A DNA stretch of 64,000 bases, from NCBI GenBank assembly GCA_964647585.1, contig CAZYGG010000001.1, forward strand, positions 99,373 through 163,372, written 5' to 3'. A model generated the notes under the pieces. The model was not told the origin of the DNA. It searched no databases and worked only from the letters and a program-made list of their open reading frames with translations. This stretch comes from an uncultured Desulfobacterales bacterium (lineage in GTDB: Bacteria; Desulfobacterota; Desulfobacteria; Desulfobacterales; CAJINA01). The stretch's first letter is position 1; each line of letters starts with the position of its first letter. Both the position numbers and the translations under genes were made by a program. Positions 8,099 through 15,840 of this stretch are shown here, piece after piece.

Positions 8099-9322
8099 CT
8101 ATTTGACTATCCCAATCAGGTCCCACATGGGCAAAAAGATAGCCAGGGCAAAAAAACCGACAACCACCGCCAGCCCGACCGTGAGAAGGGGACCGATGGC
8201 GTCGGAGAGCTTCTTGGTCGCATACTCAACTTCCATATCGTAATGCTCGGATATCTCCATGAGCATTTCGTCAAGTTTTCCCGACTCCTCCCCGATAGAT
8301 ACCATGTTCACCACAATCGGGGTAAAAAAGGCGGCCTTTTCAAGCGGCGCCGCGATGCCCCGGCCCTCTTCTAGCTGTTCACCAATCTGCTGAAACTCCT
8401 TCGAGATGGCCGTATTGCCTACAGTGATCGCCAGAATACGCATGGCTTCGAGCACTGAAACCCCACTCGATTGCAAGATAGAAAAAATACTGGCAAAACG
8501 CGACATGGCCGCTTTGACGAACAGGTCTCCTAATATGGGCAGTCGCAGCAGGGTCTGGTCTCTCACATAGCGGCCTGTCTCTGTCCTTAAATAAAAATAG
8601 AGGCCGGTGCCGGCGACAAAGACAGCGCCTATCAGTAGATGCCAGTAATTGGCCAGAAACTGATAAAGAAAAAGACATATCTTCGTCGGTAGCGGCAGGT
8701 TCAATCCCGCGGACGTAAAAATAGTGACGAACTTGGGAATTACAAAAGTGAGCAGAACAACAAAAGCGATCGCGAGAAACACAACCACGATAATCGGGTA
8801 TTGCAGGGCCGCCTTTATATCCGCCTTGATTTTGTGCTCATGATCGATAATGTATGTCAATCGGTCGAGGACCGTTGGCAGGGCACCGCTCGCCTCGCCG
8901 GCCTGAACCATTCCACAATAGAGTGGCGAAAAAACACCCGGGTGTTTCTTGAAGGCGTCATACAGGCTGCTGCCCCCGCTGATGTCGTCCACCATCGTCC
9001 GCGTAACTCTTTTTATTTTCAGGTTCTCCGCCTGCTTTTCCAGAATCTGCAACATCTTCACCATGGGTACCCCGGCCCTGAGCATGGTTTTGAACTGCTT
9101 GGTAAAGATGATGAGTTCGGGCGCTTTGACCGGGGTGATGATCTCCTTAAACCGATTCAGGCTGAACCCGCCGACATCCCCGCCGCCCTTTTCATTTACC
9201 TGGGTAGGCAGGTAGCCCCGGGCTTCAAGGATAGAGGTAGCCATTTCCCGAGAATCCGCATCAATTTCCCCCGACACGGTGGCGCCGGTTTCATTGATCG
9301 ATTTGTATGCGTAGGTGACCAT
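8099..9322 (-). CDS. pilC: Type IV pilus / T2SS platform protein (PilC/MshG/GspF family)
   Basis: Duplicated T2SSF-type domains and three TM segments. The N-terminus YAYKSINETGATVSGEIDADSREMATSILEARGYLP is typical of PilC. I prefer ATG 9322, because the TTG at 9340 lies inside a repeat arm. Confidence 0.85.
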   Translation of the reverse strand: MVTYAYKSINETGATVSGEIDADSREMATSILEARGYLPTQVNEKGGGDVGGFSLNRFKEIITPVKAPELIIFTKQFKTMLRAGVPMVKMLQILEKQAENLKIKRVTRTMVDDISGGSSLYDAFKKHPGVFSPLYCGMVQAGEASGALPTVLDRLTYIIDHEHKIKADIKAALQYPIIVVVFLAIAFVVLLTFVIPKFVTIFTSAGLNLPLPTKICLFLYQFLANYWHLLIGAVFVAGTGLYFYLRTETGRYVRDQTLLRLPILGDLFVKAAMSRFASIFSILQSSGVSVLEAMRILAITVGNTAISKEFQQIGEQLEEGRGIAAPLEKAAFFTPIVVNMVSIGEESGKLDEMLMEISEHYDMEVEYATKKLSDAIGPLLTVGLAVVVGFFALAIFLPMWDLIGIVK

Positions 9323-9332
9323 AATTAAAAAA

Positions 9333-9459
9333 GGGTTCAAGGATTCGAGGGTTCAAGGGTTCAAGTTTTTTTCTCCAAGCTTTTAATTAGCGCCTTAAGC
9401 ATTTCTTTAAAAGATTCCAGCATTCACTTGAGCCCTCGGCCCCTTGACCCCTTGAATCC
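9333..9459. repeat. Word-repeat hairpin element, family A (GGGTTCAAGG/GGTTCGAGG words), two arms plus a ~60-nt core
   Basis: The left arm GGGTTCAAGGATTCGAGGGTTCAAGGGTTCAAG matches the reverse complement of the right arm CTTGAGCCCTCGGCCCCTTGACCCCTTGAATCC at 25 of 33 positions (hand alignment). It fills the pilB-pilC spacer. Confidence 0.8.
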
Positions 9460-9464
9460 TGCTT

Positions 9465-11168
9465 TTAAATCATTATCGCCGAGGCAGCTTCTTCAAAGGA
9501 AGTTTCGCCCCGATAAATTTTCTTGGCCGCATCTTCCCTCAGGGTTGTCAGCTTGCCCTTTGCAACCATGGCGCGCGTAATCTCCTGGGCCGTCCTTTTT
9601 TCGAGAACCATGTTCTGGACATCTTCATCAATCATCAGAATTTCATAGAGCCCGGTACGCCCCTTATAACCTTTGTCCATGCAGTAGAAACAACCGGTCC
9701 CCATGGAAAAATCCGCGGCGGCGTCATCTTGCAGCTGCCAGAATTCCAGGGCCGCCTCAGGTGGCTTGTGTGGCTTTTTACAATAGGGGCAAACCTTCCT
9801 GACCAGTCGCTGGGCGATGGAGGCCAGCATAACCGAGGAAACCAGGAAGGATTCAATGCCCATGTCCAGGAACCGGGTAATGGCACCGGCCGCGTCATTG
9901 GTATGCACCGTGCTGAGCACCCGGTGTCCGGTCAAGGCCGCCTGGACGCCGATGGTGGCGGTTTCACCGTCACGTATCTCACCGACCATAATGACGTCCG
10001 GGTCCTGCCGCAGCACAGCCCGCAGGCCGCTTGCGAAGGTCATGCCCGCTTTGCGATTAAATTGAATCTGCCTTACCTTCTCCATCCGGTATTCAACCGG
10101 ATCTTCAAAAGTGATGATATTGATATCCGGCTTGTTGATGATCTTCAAAAGCGAATAGATGGTGGTGCTTTTCCCGCTACCGGTTGGTCCGGTGCTCAGC
10201 ACCATCCCATACGGTTTGACGATCACCTCTTCAATTTTCTGCCGGTCCCTGGCGGCCATCCCCAGCTGCTCCAGGGAGTAGACGCCGCTGCTCGTATCCA
10301 GCAGACGGATAACCATGTTTTCACCATAAATGGTCGGCATTGTCGAGGTACGGATATTGATTTCCCGATTGTCCATTTTAATGGTGAATCTGCCGTCCTG
10401 GGGTATCTTGGAAAGCGCAATGTCCATGTTGGACAGGATTTTCAAGCGTGAAATGATCAGCAGGATCATCGATTTGGGCGGCGCCGGCACTTCGTGCAGC
10501 CGGCCGTCCACCCGGAAGCGAACCTGGACGTAATCCTTCTCGGGGCTGATGTGCACGTCACTGGCACCTTCCCGGACCGCCTGGGAGAGAATGGAGTTCA
10601 CCAGCCTGACGACCGGGGCTTCCTGGACCATATCCTGCAGGGAGCCGACTTCAACCTCATCGGAAAAGTCGGTTCTTTCAGGTTCATCATCCTTTTCAAT
10701 CTCCATTTCCTCGATAACACCACCGATACCTGAATAAGTCCCGTAAAGGCTGCCCACAAGGTGGTTAAGCTGTTGATCGGTACAGATCACCGCCTCAATT
10801 TCGGTATTCGTATACACCTCCAGGGCATCCAGGGCGGCTATATCCATGGGATCCACCATGGCAACCGTCAGCAAAAAACGGCTGCGCACCAGGGGGGCCA
10901 CCTGGTATTTTGTGGCCACGTCCACTGGAATTGTTTTGGACAGTTCCATATCAATCGGATACTTATCCGGGCGGTACTTTTCGATATGCAGCTGCACGGA
11001 AACCAGATCCGCGATCTGGTTGCCGCTCACATAGCCTTCCCGGACCAGGTATTGCCCCATTTTAAGCTTGGTTTTTTTATGCCCTTCTATGACTTCTTCA
11101 AGCTGGGCCGCGGTTAACAGGCCGCCCTCAACCAGCATTGCACCAAGTCGTTTTTTATCTCTCGCCAT
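9465..11168 (-). CDS. pilB: Type IV pilus extension ATPase (PilB/MshE/GspE family) with an N-terminal MshEN-type domain
   Basis: Walker A GPTGSGKST and tetracysteine CPYC...CFYC. The N-terminus carries RLGAMLVEGGLLTAAQLEEVIEGH and KMGQYLVREGYVSGNQIADLVSVQ. Confidence 0.9.
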   Translation of the reverse strand: MARDKKRLGAMLVEGGLLTAAQLEEVIEGHKKTKLKMGQYLVREGYVSGNQIADLVSVQLHIEKYRPDKYPIDMELSKTIPVDVATKYQVAPLVRSRFLLTVAMVDPMDIAALDALEVYTNTEIEAVICTDQQLNHLVGSLYGTYSGIGGVIEEMEIEKDDEPERTDFSDEVEVGSLQDMVQEAPVVRLVNSILSQAVREGASDVHISPEKDYVQVRFRVDGRLHEVPAPPKSMILLIISRLKILSNMDIALSKIPQDGRFTIKMDNREINIRTSTMPTIYGENMVIRLLDTSSGVYSLEQLGMAARDRQKIEEVIVKPYGMVLSTGPTGSGKSTTIYSLLKIINKPDINIITFEDPVEYRMEKVRQIQFNRKAGMTFASGLRAVLRQDPDVIMVGEIRDGETATIGVQAALTGHRVLSTVHTNDAAGAITRFLDMGIESFLVSSVMLASIAQRLVRKVCPYCKKPHKPPEAALEFWQLQDDAAADFSMGTGCFYCMDKGYKGRTGLYEILMIDEDVQNMVLEKRTAQEITRAMVAKGKLTTLREDAAKKIYRGETSFEEAASAIMI

Positions 11169-11183
11169 ATATCTGTCCAGTCT

Positions 11184-12887
11184 TCAACTGATACCCGGGC
11201 ACGGGTTAGCGTAAAACACCGCGTCCTTTTCCCATCCCGGAATAATATCACTTTTCAGCCGCACCTCCTCAGGCAGTTTGGCCAGGTACCGGGCGGCTTC
11301 GTCCTTTGACGAAAAGTACGTCCAAAATATGATATCAAAGCGCAACCCCTGAGCCGGATGCCAGTAAGGGATCATCCGCAGGGGCGCCGCCCTGGTCGAA
11401 TGCCGGCGGATCATGTCGAGTGCCTCCGAAACAGTTTCCACGCTGCCAACCCGGATCCATTCAAGATAATCCGGCACGTGCAGCCCTGCATGCGCCTGGG
11501 CCGGGAAGGCTATGGCCTGCCCCTTAAAAATATTGTTCAGGTCTTCCAGACCTGGGTTGCCGGCCACTATCGCCCGGCGTCCCCGGTGCGTGTATTCACC
11601 ATAGACCTTGATCATCACCCAGGAAAGGGTCTCATCAGCCTGCATCCTGATCATTCCCAGGGTTTGCGGCCGGGTCCGGACAGCCATGACCACCGGTTCA
11701 GCCGCTGCGACAACATCTACCGGCGGCAACTCAGCTGCGGGAACTTCCTTATTTACCGGGTCACGGGCGACCGCCGGCTCGCCTTCCGTCAACTTTGCAG
11801 CGGTTTCGATACCCGGCGGCGATCCTTCCGGTTTCTCACCCGGGGCACTGGCCGGGGTCGGTGCAAGGGGCGGCGCATGCGCTGCTACCGGGTAAGGCGC
11901 GGGGTTGTCCCCCACGCTTTTATTTTTTGCCGGCAACACCTCTTTGATTACCGGGTCACGCGTGACCTTTGCTTTCTCCGGCATGAAACCGGTATAGGCG
12001 ATCCCGGCCACACCGGCTACAACCATCAGGGCCCCGAAGGCTTTTTGCCATCCGCCGGACCGCTTGGCAGAGCCCCTGTTGACACATGAACTTACCAGAC
12101 GCCAGCCTGCTCTTTTCCTGTTTTTAACAATCATTGCCAGCATAATCCGGTGGCAAAGATTCACTATTTTACGGGGATATCCCTGCGTCGCCCGATAGAT
12201 GGCTGCCACCGCCGGGAAACTCAGCAGGCTGCCCAGACTGCCTTCCGCCCCCGCTTTTTGAAGGCGGTAATCAATCATAAGCCTGGTATCCCGGAATCCA
12301 AGGGGGCCCAACACGTGGAGCAGGTTTATTCTATCCGCGAAATTCGCGTGCTTTTCAAGGATCTGTTCAAACTCGCGCTGCGCAAAAATAACAATCTGCA
12401 GCAGCTTGAATTCGTTGGTTTCATAGTTGAGCAATTCCCGCAGTATTTCCAGGATCGGGGCCGGAATTTTCTGGCCTTCATCGATAATCAGGACCACAAC
12501 CCGGTTTTCTTCTACCCCCCTTTTATACAGGTACTGCTTGATGAACTCCTTGTAGTCGGCCCAGTCTCCGGTGGGAACTTTCGGCTCGCGCTCGAACATC
12601 CCGGCCACAACCTTTAAAAAAGCCGCCGGATCGGTCATGTGGGGGTCCAGGATCAGGTGGGTCTCAAACTCCTCATCCCGGCTGAATTTCTTGATCATCT
12701 GCCGGCACAACGTTGTCTTACCGGTGCCCACCTCCCCGATGACGACGTTCAGTCCCCGGCGCAGGCGCAAAGACAGTTCAAGTTTCTGCAGGCACTCCTT
12801 GTGCTGCCTTGATTTAAAAAAATAATCAGGATCCGGTGAATTGGAAAACGGTTCCCTTTCTAAGTTCAGAAGTTTGAAGTATTCCAT
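11184..12887 (-). CDS. ExeA/GspA/MshM-like AAA ATPase with a Pro-rich linker and C-terminal LysM-like and SPOR-like regions
   Basis: GEVGTGKTTLCRQM Walker A and VLIIDEGQ Walker B. A TM segment (ALMVVAGVAGIAY) is followed by a PAP-rich linker. Then ETLSWVMIKVYGEY...GNPGLEDLNNIFKGQAIAFP fits the LysM pattern. Confidence 0.75.
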   Translation of the reverse strand: MEYFKLLNLEREPFSNSPDPDYFFKSRQHKECLQKLELSLRLRRGLNVVIGEVGTGKTTLCRQMIKKFSRDEEFETHLILDPHMTDPAAFLKVVAGMFEREPKVPTGDWADYKEFIKQYLYKRGVEENRVVVLIIDEGQKIPAPILEILRELLNYETNEFKLLQIVIFAQREFEQILEKHANFADRINLLHVLGPLGFRDTRLMIDYRLQKAGAEGSLGSLLSFPAVAAIYRATQGYPRKIVNLCHRIMLAMIVKNRKRAGWRLVSSCVNRGSAKRSGGWQKAFGALMVVAGVAGIAYTGFMPEKAKVTRDPVIKEVLPAKNKSVGDNPAPYPVAAHAPPLAPTPASAPGEKPEGSPPGIETAAKLTEGEPAVARDPVNKEVPAAELPPVDVVAAAEPVVMAVRTRPQTLGMIRMQADETLSWVMIKVYGEYTHRGRRAIVAGNPGLEDLNNIFKGQAIAFPAQAHAGLHVPDYLEWIRVGSVETVSEALDMIRRHSTRAAPLRMIPYWHPAQGLRFDIIFWTYFSSKDEAARYLAKLPEEVRLKSDIIPGWEKDAVFYANPCPGIS

Positions 12888-12920
12888 TTCTCTACAAAGC
12901 CCTACCCGCGACGGCTGGGT

Positions 12921-14423
12921 CTACTCACCGGTTTTGGTATCGCTGTTACCTAATCTTTGCTTGAGGATATGCGGTGTGATAAAAATCAGAAGATCTTCCG
13001 CCTCCCGGCTCTTACCTTCTCCCCTGAAGAAAACACCCAATAAGGGGATATCTTGCAAGCCGGGGACGCCGCGATCCAGGCGTTCATCTTCAGATGTATT
13101 CAGTCCCCCGATTACCGTGGTTTGCCCATCAAAGAGGATCACGTTTGTTTCAGCTTCTTTCTTGATAATAGGGGGTTCTCCGCCGCTAATAATGGCTGCG
13201 CCGACTGAATTCTTTTTGACTTTTATATCCATCTTAATGGCTTCACCGTCAATCACGTGGGGGGTCACATTCAGTTCCAGAACAGCCTCTTTGAAACTGG
13301 TATTGGCGGTACCGGTATCAATGGCCGTGTAGGGAACCTCCTGGCCACTTTTGAATATGGCCGGCGTATTATCTGTTGTCGTAATTGAAGGGCTCGACAA
13401 TATCTTAATTTTATTCTCAGTCTGCAAGGCGTAAAGCTGCGCGTTGAGCTGATTTCCGCCGCCTTCTAACAGAAAACCAAGTGCCATACCACCGGCAGCC
13501 GCTATCGGGAAATCAAAGGCCGGGTTGGCACCGCCTGCAGATGTTTCTCCGATCGTAACGGTACTGCCGTCGTTAATCGTGGTCTGGTATTTCCCCCCCC
13601 ATTCAATTCCAAGTTGCCGGGCAGTCGAACTGGTGGCTTCCACAATATGGGCCTCAATAAGGATCTGGGGTGTAGGCTGGTCAAGCTCTTTGATCAGAGG
13701 CAGCATGTTTGTTATATCACTATTCAGGGCCTGTACGATGAGCGAGTTGGTATGGGTGTCAACCATAATGGAGCCGAGTGATTTACCGTCATTTCGCTTC
13801 GTTATAAACGCCTCCAGAGTCTTTTTAAGATCCTCGGCCCGGGTGTAGTCGATCCGGATAATACGGGTTGACAGCGGTTCCAGTTCGCGCATATCTTTTT
13901 TCTGGGCCGCCTTCTGCATCTCCTGCTCCACGTCCGCCGCGGTCATGATCCGGATAATATTGCCTTCCCACCGGTAGGAAAGCCCGTGGGTTTTCAACAC
14001 GCCCAGGAAAACCTGGTCCCAAGGCGCCCGCTGAATGTTGATGTTCGCCCGCCCGCCGACCTTTTCATTGATCATGATGTTCTGCCCGGCCGCCCGGGCC
14101 AGGTACCGCAGCAATACGGCCACGTTGACATCGCTCATGTTTAATGAGACCGGAGAATCAGGCAGTGGTTTTTCTGTTTTTTCCTCAGGGGCTGCCTCCG
14201 GCTCCCCAGCAACCGGGGCTGCGGACTCTCCACCACCCAGATGCCTTACTCTCCGTTTCATACTGGGAGAATATCCCTTGGAATTCTCAGCTTTTACCTT
14301 CCATTTATCGTACGATTCGTCGATTTTGTTTTTGTCGTCGCCGGTACAGCCCGCAACGATCAAAATGGCAAACAGACACGCGGCAAGCACCGAACATTGT
14401 TGAAATAAGGTGTGCTTCTTCAT
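12921..14423 (-). CDS. pilQ: Type IV pilus secretin (PilQ/MshL family), probable lipoprotein
   Basis: The C-terminal secretin signature is GVPGLQDIPLLGVFFRGEGKSREAEDLLIFITPHIL. The internal start MKKHTLFQQCSVLAACLFAILIVAGC gives a lipobox, so 14423 is preferred over 14507. Confidence 0.85.
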   Translation of the reverse strand: MKKHTLFQQCSVLAACLFAILIVAGCTGDDKNKIDESYDKWKVKAENSKGYSPSMKRRVRHLGGGESAAPVAGEPEAAPEEKTEKPLPDSPVSLNMSDVNVAVLLRYLARAAGQNIMINEKVGGRANINIQRAPWDQVFLGVLKTHGLSYRWEGNIIRIMTAADVEQEMQKAAQKKDMRELEPLSTRIIRIDYTRAEDLKKTLEAFITKRNDGKSLGSIMVDTHTNSLIVQALNSDITNMLPLIKELDQPTPQILIEAHIVEATSSTARQLGIEWGGKYQTTINDGSTVTIGETSAGGANPAFDFPIAAAGGMALGFLLEGGGNQLNAQLYALQTENKIKILSSPSITTTDNTPAIFKSGQEVPYTAIDTGTANTSFKEAVLELNVTPHVIDGEAIKMDIKVKKNSVGAAIISGGEPPIIKKEAETNVILFDGQTTVIGGLNTSEDERLDRGVPGLQDIPLLGVFFRGEGKSREAEDLLIFITPHILKQRLGNSDTKTGE

Positions 14424-14540
14424 TTTAATAGATCTCTTTTTCTGAATTGTCTGTAAGATGCAACCCCTCAATTTCCCTGAGAATTCTGAGTGAAATCCCT
14501 TTAGCATGCGCCCTTTTACCTATAGTTCCCAGGCGTTTAG

Positions 14541-14571
14541 GCCCGGCCCTCTTGAACCCTCGAACCCTTCA
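14541..14571. repeat. Family A word-repeat, single arm
   Basis: GCCCGGCCCTCTTGAACCCTCGAACCCTTCA lies in the pilP-like/pilQ spacer and uses the same words as 9427-9459 and 39159-39193. Confidence 0.7.
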
Positions 14572-14577
14572 TGGTCA

Positions 14578-15093
14578 CTACTTGGCCGTTTCATCAATGG
14601 GAACCACGATGACACTCTTATTCGCGTCCACGTAGATGTGGACCTCCCCCGCCGATATCTTCTTCAGGGCTGCTGTGCCTTGAGTGTCAAGCTGGTCCCC
14701 CTCCTGGTATTCCATACCGTTGATAATCGCCAGCTTGCTTTTTCCCATTTCCATATAACCCGAATAGTTAAAAGACCCGGTCAAATCTCCGCGGGCAATA
14801 ATCTCCGGCTCTTTTTCGGTCTCCGCGTCAGCTGCCCCGGATTTCTTGACGACCAGAAATGGGTCTTTCTTCCATTGAGCCGAAGATTTTTCCAGGATTT
14901 CCCTATCTTTCGCTGTGGTGTCAGCCCCCTGAATGCGCTTGATCAAACCGGCCACGAATTCGTTTACCTCAACCGACGGCTTTCCGGAAGACTTATTTTT
15001 ACCGCCCGTAGAGCCTGAAAAAAGAAAAGTGTAGCCCCCGTACAATATGGCCGCAACCATCAGACCGACGATTATTTTTTCCCGATTAGACAT
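14578..15093 (-). CDS. PilP/MshK/GspC-like small pilus assembly protein (N-terminal TM)
   Basis: 171 aa with N-terminal IIVGLMVAAILYGGYTFLF. The C-terminal beta-rich KLAIINGMEYQEGDQL...ISAGEVHIYV resembles the PilP/GspC HR domain. Its position directly upstream of the secretin fits. Confidence 0.55.
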   Translation of the reverse strand: MSNREKIIVGLMVAAILYGGYTFLFSGSTGGKNKSSGKPSVEVNEFVAGLIKRIQGADTTAKDREILEKSSAQWKKDPFLVVKKSGAADAETEKEPEIIARGDLTGSFNYSGYMEMGKSKLAIINGMEYQEGDQLDTQGTAALKKISAGEVHIYVDANKSVIVVPIDETAK

Positions 15094-15097
15094 TTAG

Positions 15098-15142
15098 CCT
15101 TTAACCCTTGAATCCTTGACCCCTCGGCCCCTTGAATCCTTC
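15098..15142. repeat. Family A word-repeat, single arm filling the pilO-like/pilP-like spacer
   Basis: CCTTTAACCCTTGAATCCTTGACCCCTCGGCCCCTTGAATCCTTC. Confidence 0.7.
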
Positions 15143-15665
15143 ATTTTAGTGCCACCCAGACACGCATTCGAAATTCCCGCCCATCCGGTATGGCCATAAT
15201 CCTTACTCTTTCAATGAACTCAACGTGGGGTACCGCAATAAGCTGATTTAAAAACGAACGGTAATCGGCCAGATTGCCCCGCAACACCATATCAACCTGC
15301 ATTAACCGGACTTCATTAACCATGGCATTGAGATCCAGGTTGATACCGGCCATTTGCATCCGGCTTCCGGTCGCGAGATGGGTCAACGCGTCCGCAACGC
15401 CACTGGCATCGTCGCGTGCCAGGGCAGTCCGCACCGTCAGGGCGGCAGTCGACTCGTTCAACTCTCTGCGTTTTTTTACCAACTGCCCAAAAACCGGTGC
15501 GAGCAGACGCTGTGCTTTGACCTGGGTTTCAATTTTCACCCGTCGGGCCTCGGCTTTGCCGATAGCCAAATAGCTGGGTACAACCAGCACCCCGATGACG
15601 ATTAGCAGGACGCTTGTGTAAATCGCGAGATTTCGCAAAGACCTTTTGGGTATGCTGGATATCAT
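15141..15665 (-). CDS. PilO/MshJ/GspM-like pilus assembly protein
   Basis: A single N-terminal TM (LAIYTSVLLIVIGVLVV), then a coiled-coil and a ferredoxin-like C-terminus. Operon position fits. ATG 15665 has AGGAAA upstream and is preferred over 15701. Confidence 0.55.
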   Translation of the reverse strand: MISSIPKRSLRNLAIYTSVLLIVIGVLVVPSYLAIGKAEARRVKIETQVKAQRLLAPVFGQLVKKRRELNESTAALTVRTALARDDASGVADALTHLATGSRMQMAGINLDLNAMVNEVRLMQVDMVLRGNLADYRSFLNQLIAVPHVEFIERVRIMAIPDGREFRMRVWVALK

Positions 15666-15721
15666 AAATACCGTTTCCTGGGTTAAATAGTGTCCATCCA
15701 TGAGTGTATATCATGGATGAA

Positions 15722-15794
15722 GGTGTTAGCTTTTAGCAATTAGGTATTAAAAAATACAGGTTAAATACAGCGCATTGCCTAACTGCTAACCGCC
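15722..15794. repeat. Word-repeat hairpin element, family H (TTAGC words)
   Basis: GGTGTTAGCTTTTAGCAATTAGGTATT faces GCATTGCCTAACTGCTAACCGCC in the pilMN/pilO-like spacer. Confidence 0.55.
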
Positions 15795-15840
15795 TATGGC
15801 CAATAGCTCCATCCTGAAATCTTTGATTTATGGATGGTCA

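Noticed and set aside
7973-8374. 133-aa plus-strand ORF bridging the spacer and the pilC 3' end
   Set aside because: It overlaps pilC in antisense for most of its length and has no RBS or motifs.
9323-9340. TTG 9340 start for pilC
   Set aside because: The TTG lies inside the family A repeat arm. ATG 9322 gives the typical PilC N-terminus.
9729-12089. Plus-strand ORFs of 240 and 243 aa opposite pilB and the ExeA-like gene
   Set aside because: They are shadow ORFs. The minus-strand genes carry Walker motifs and full-length family architecture.
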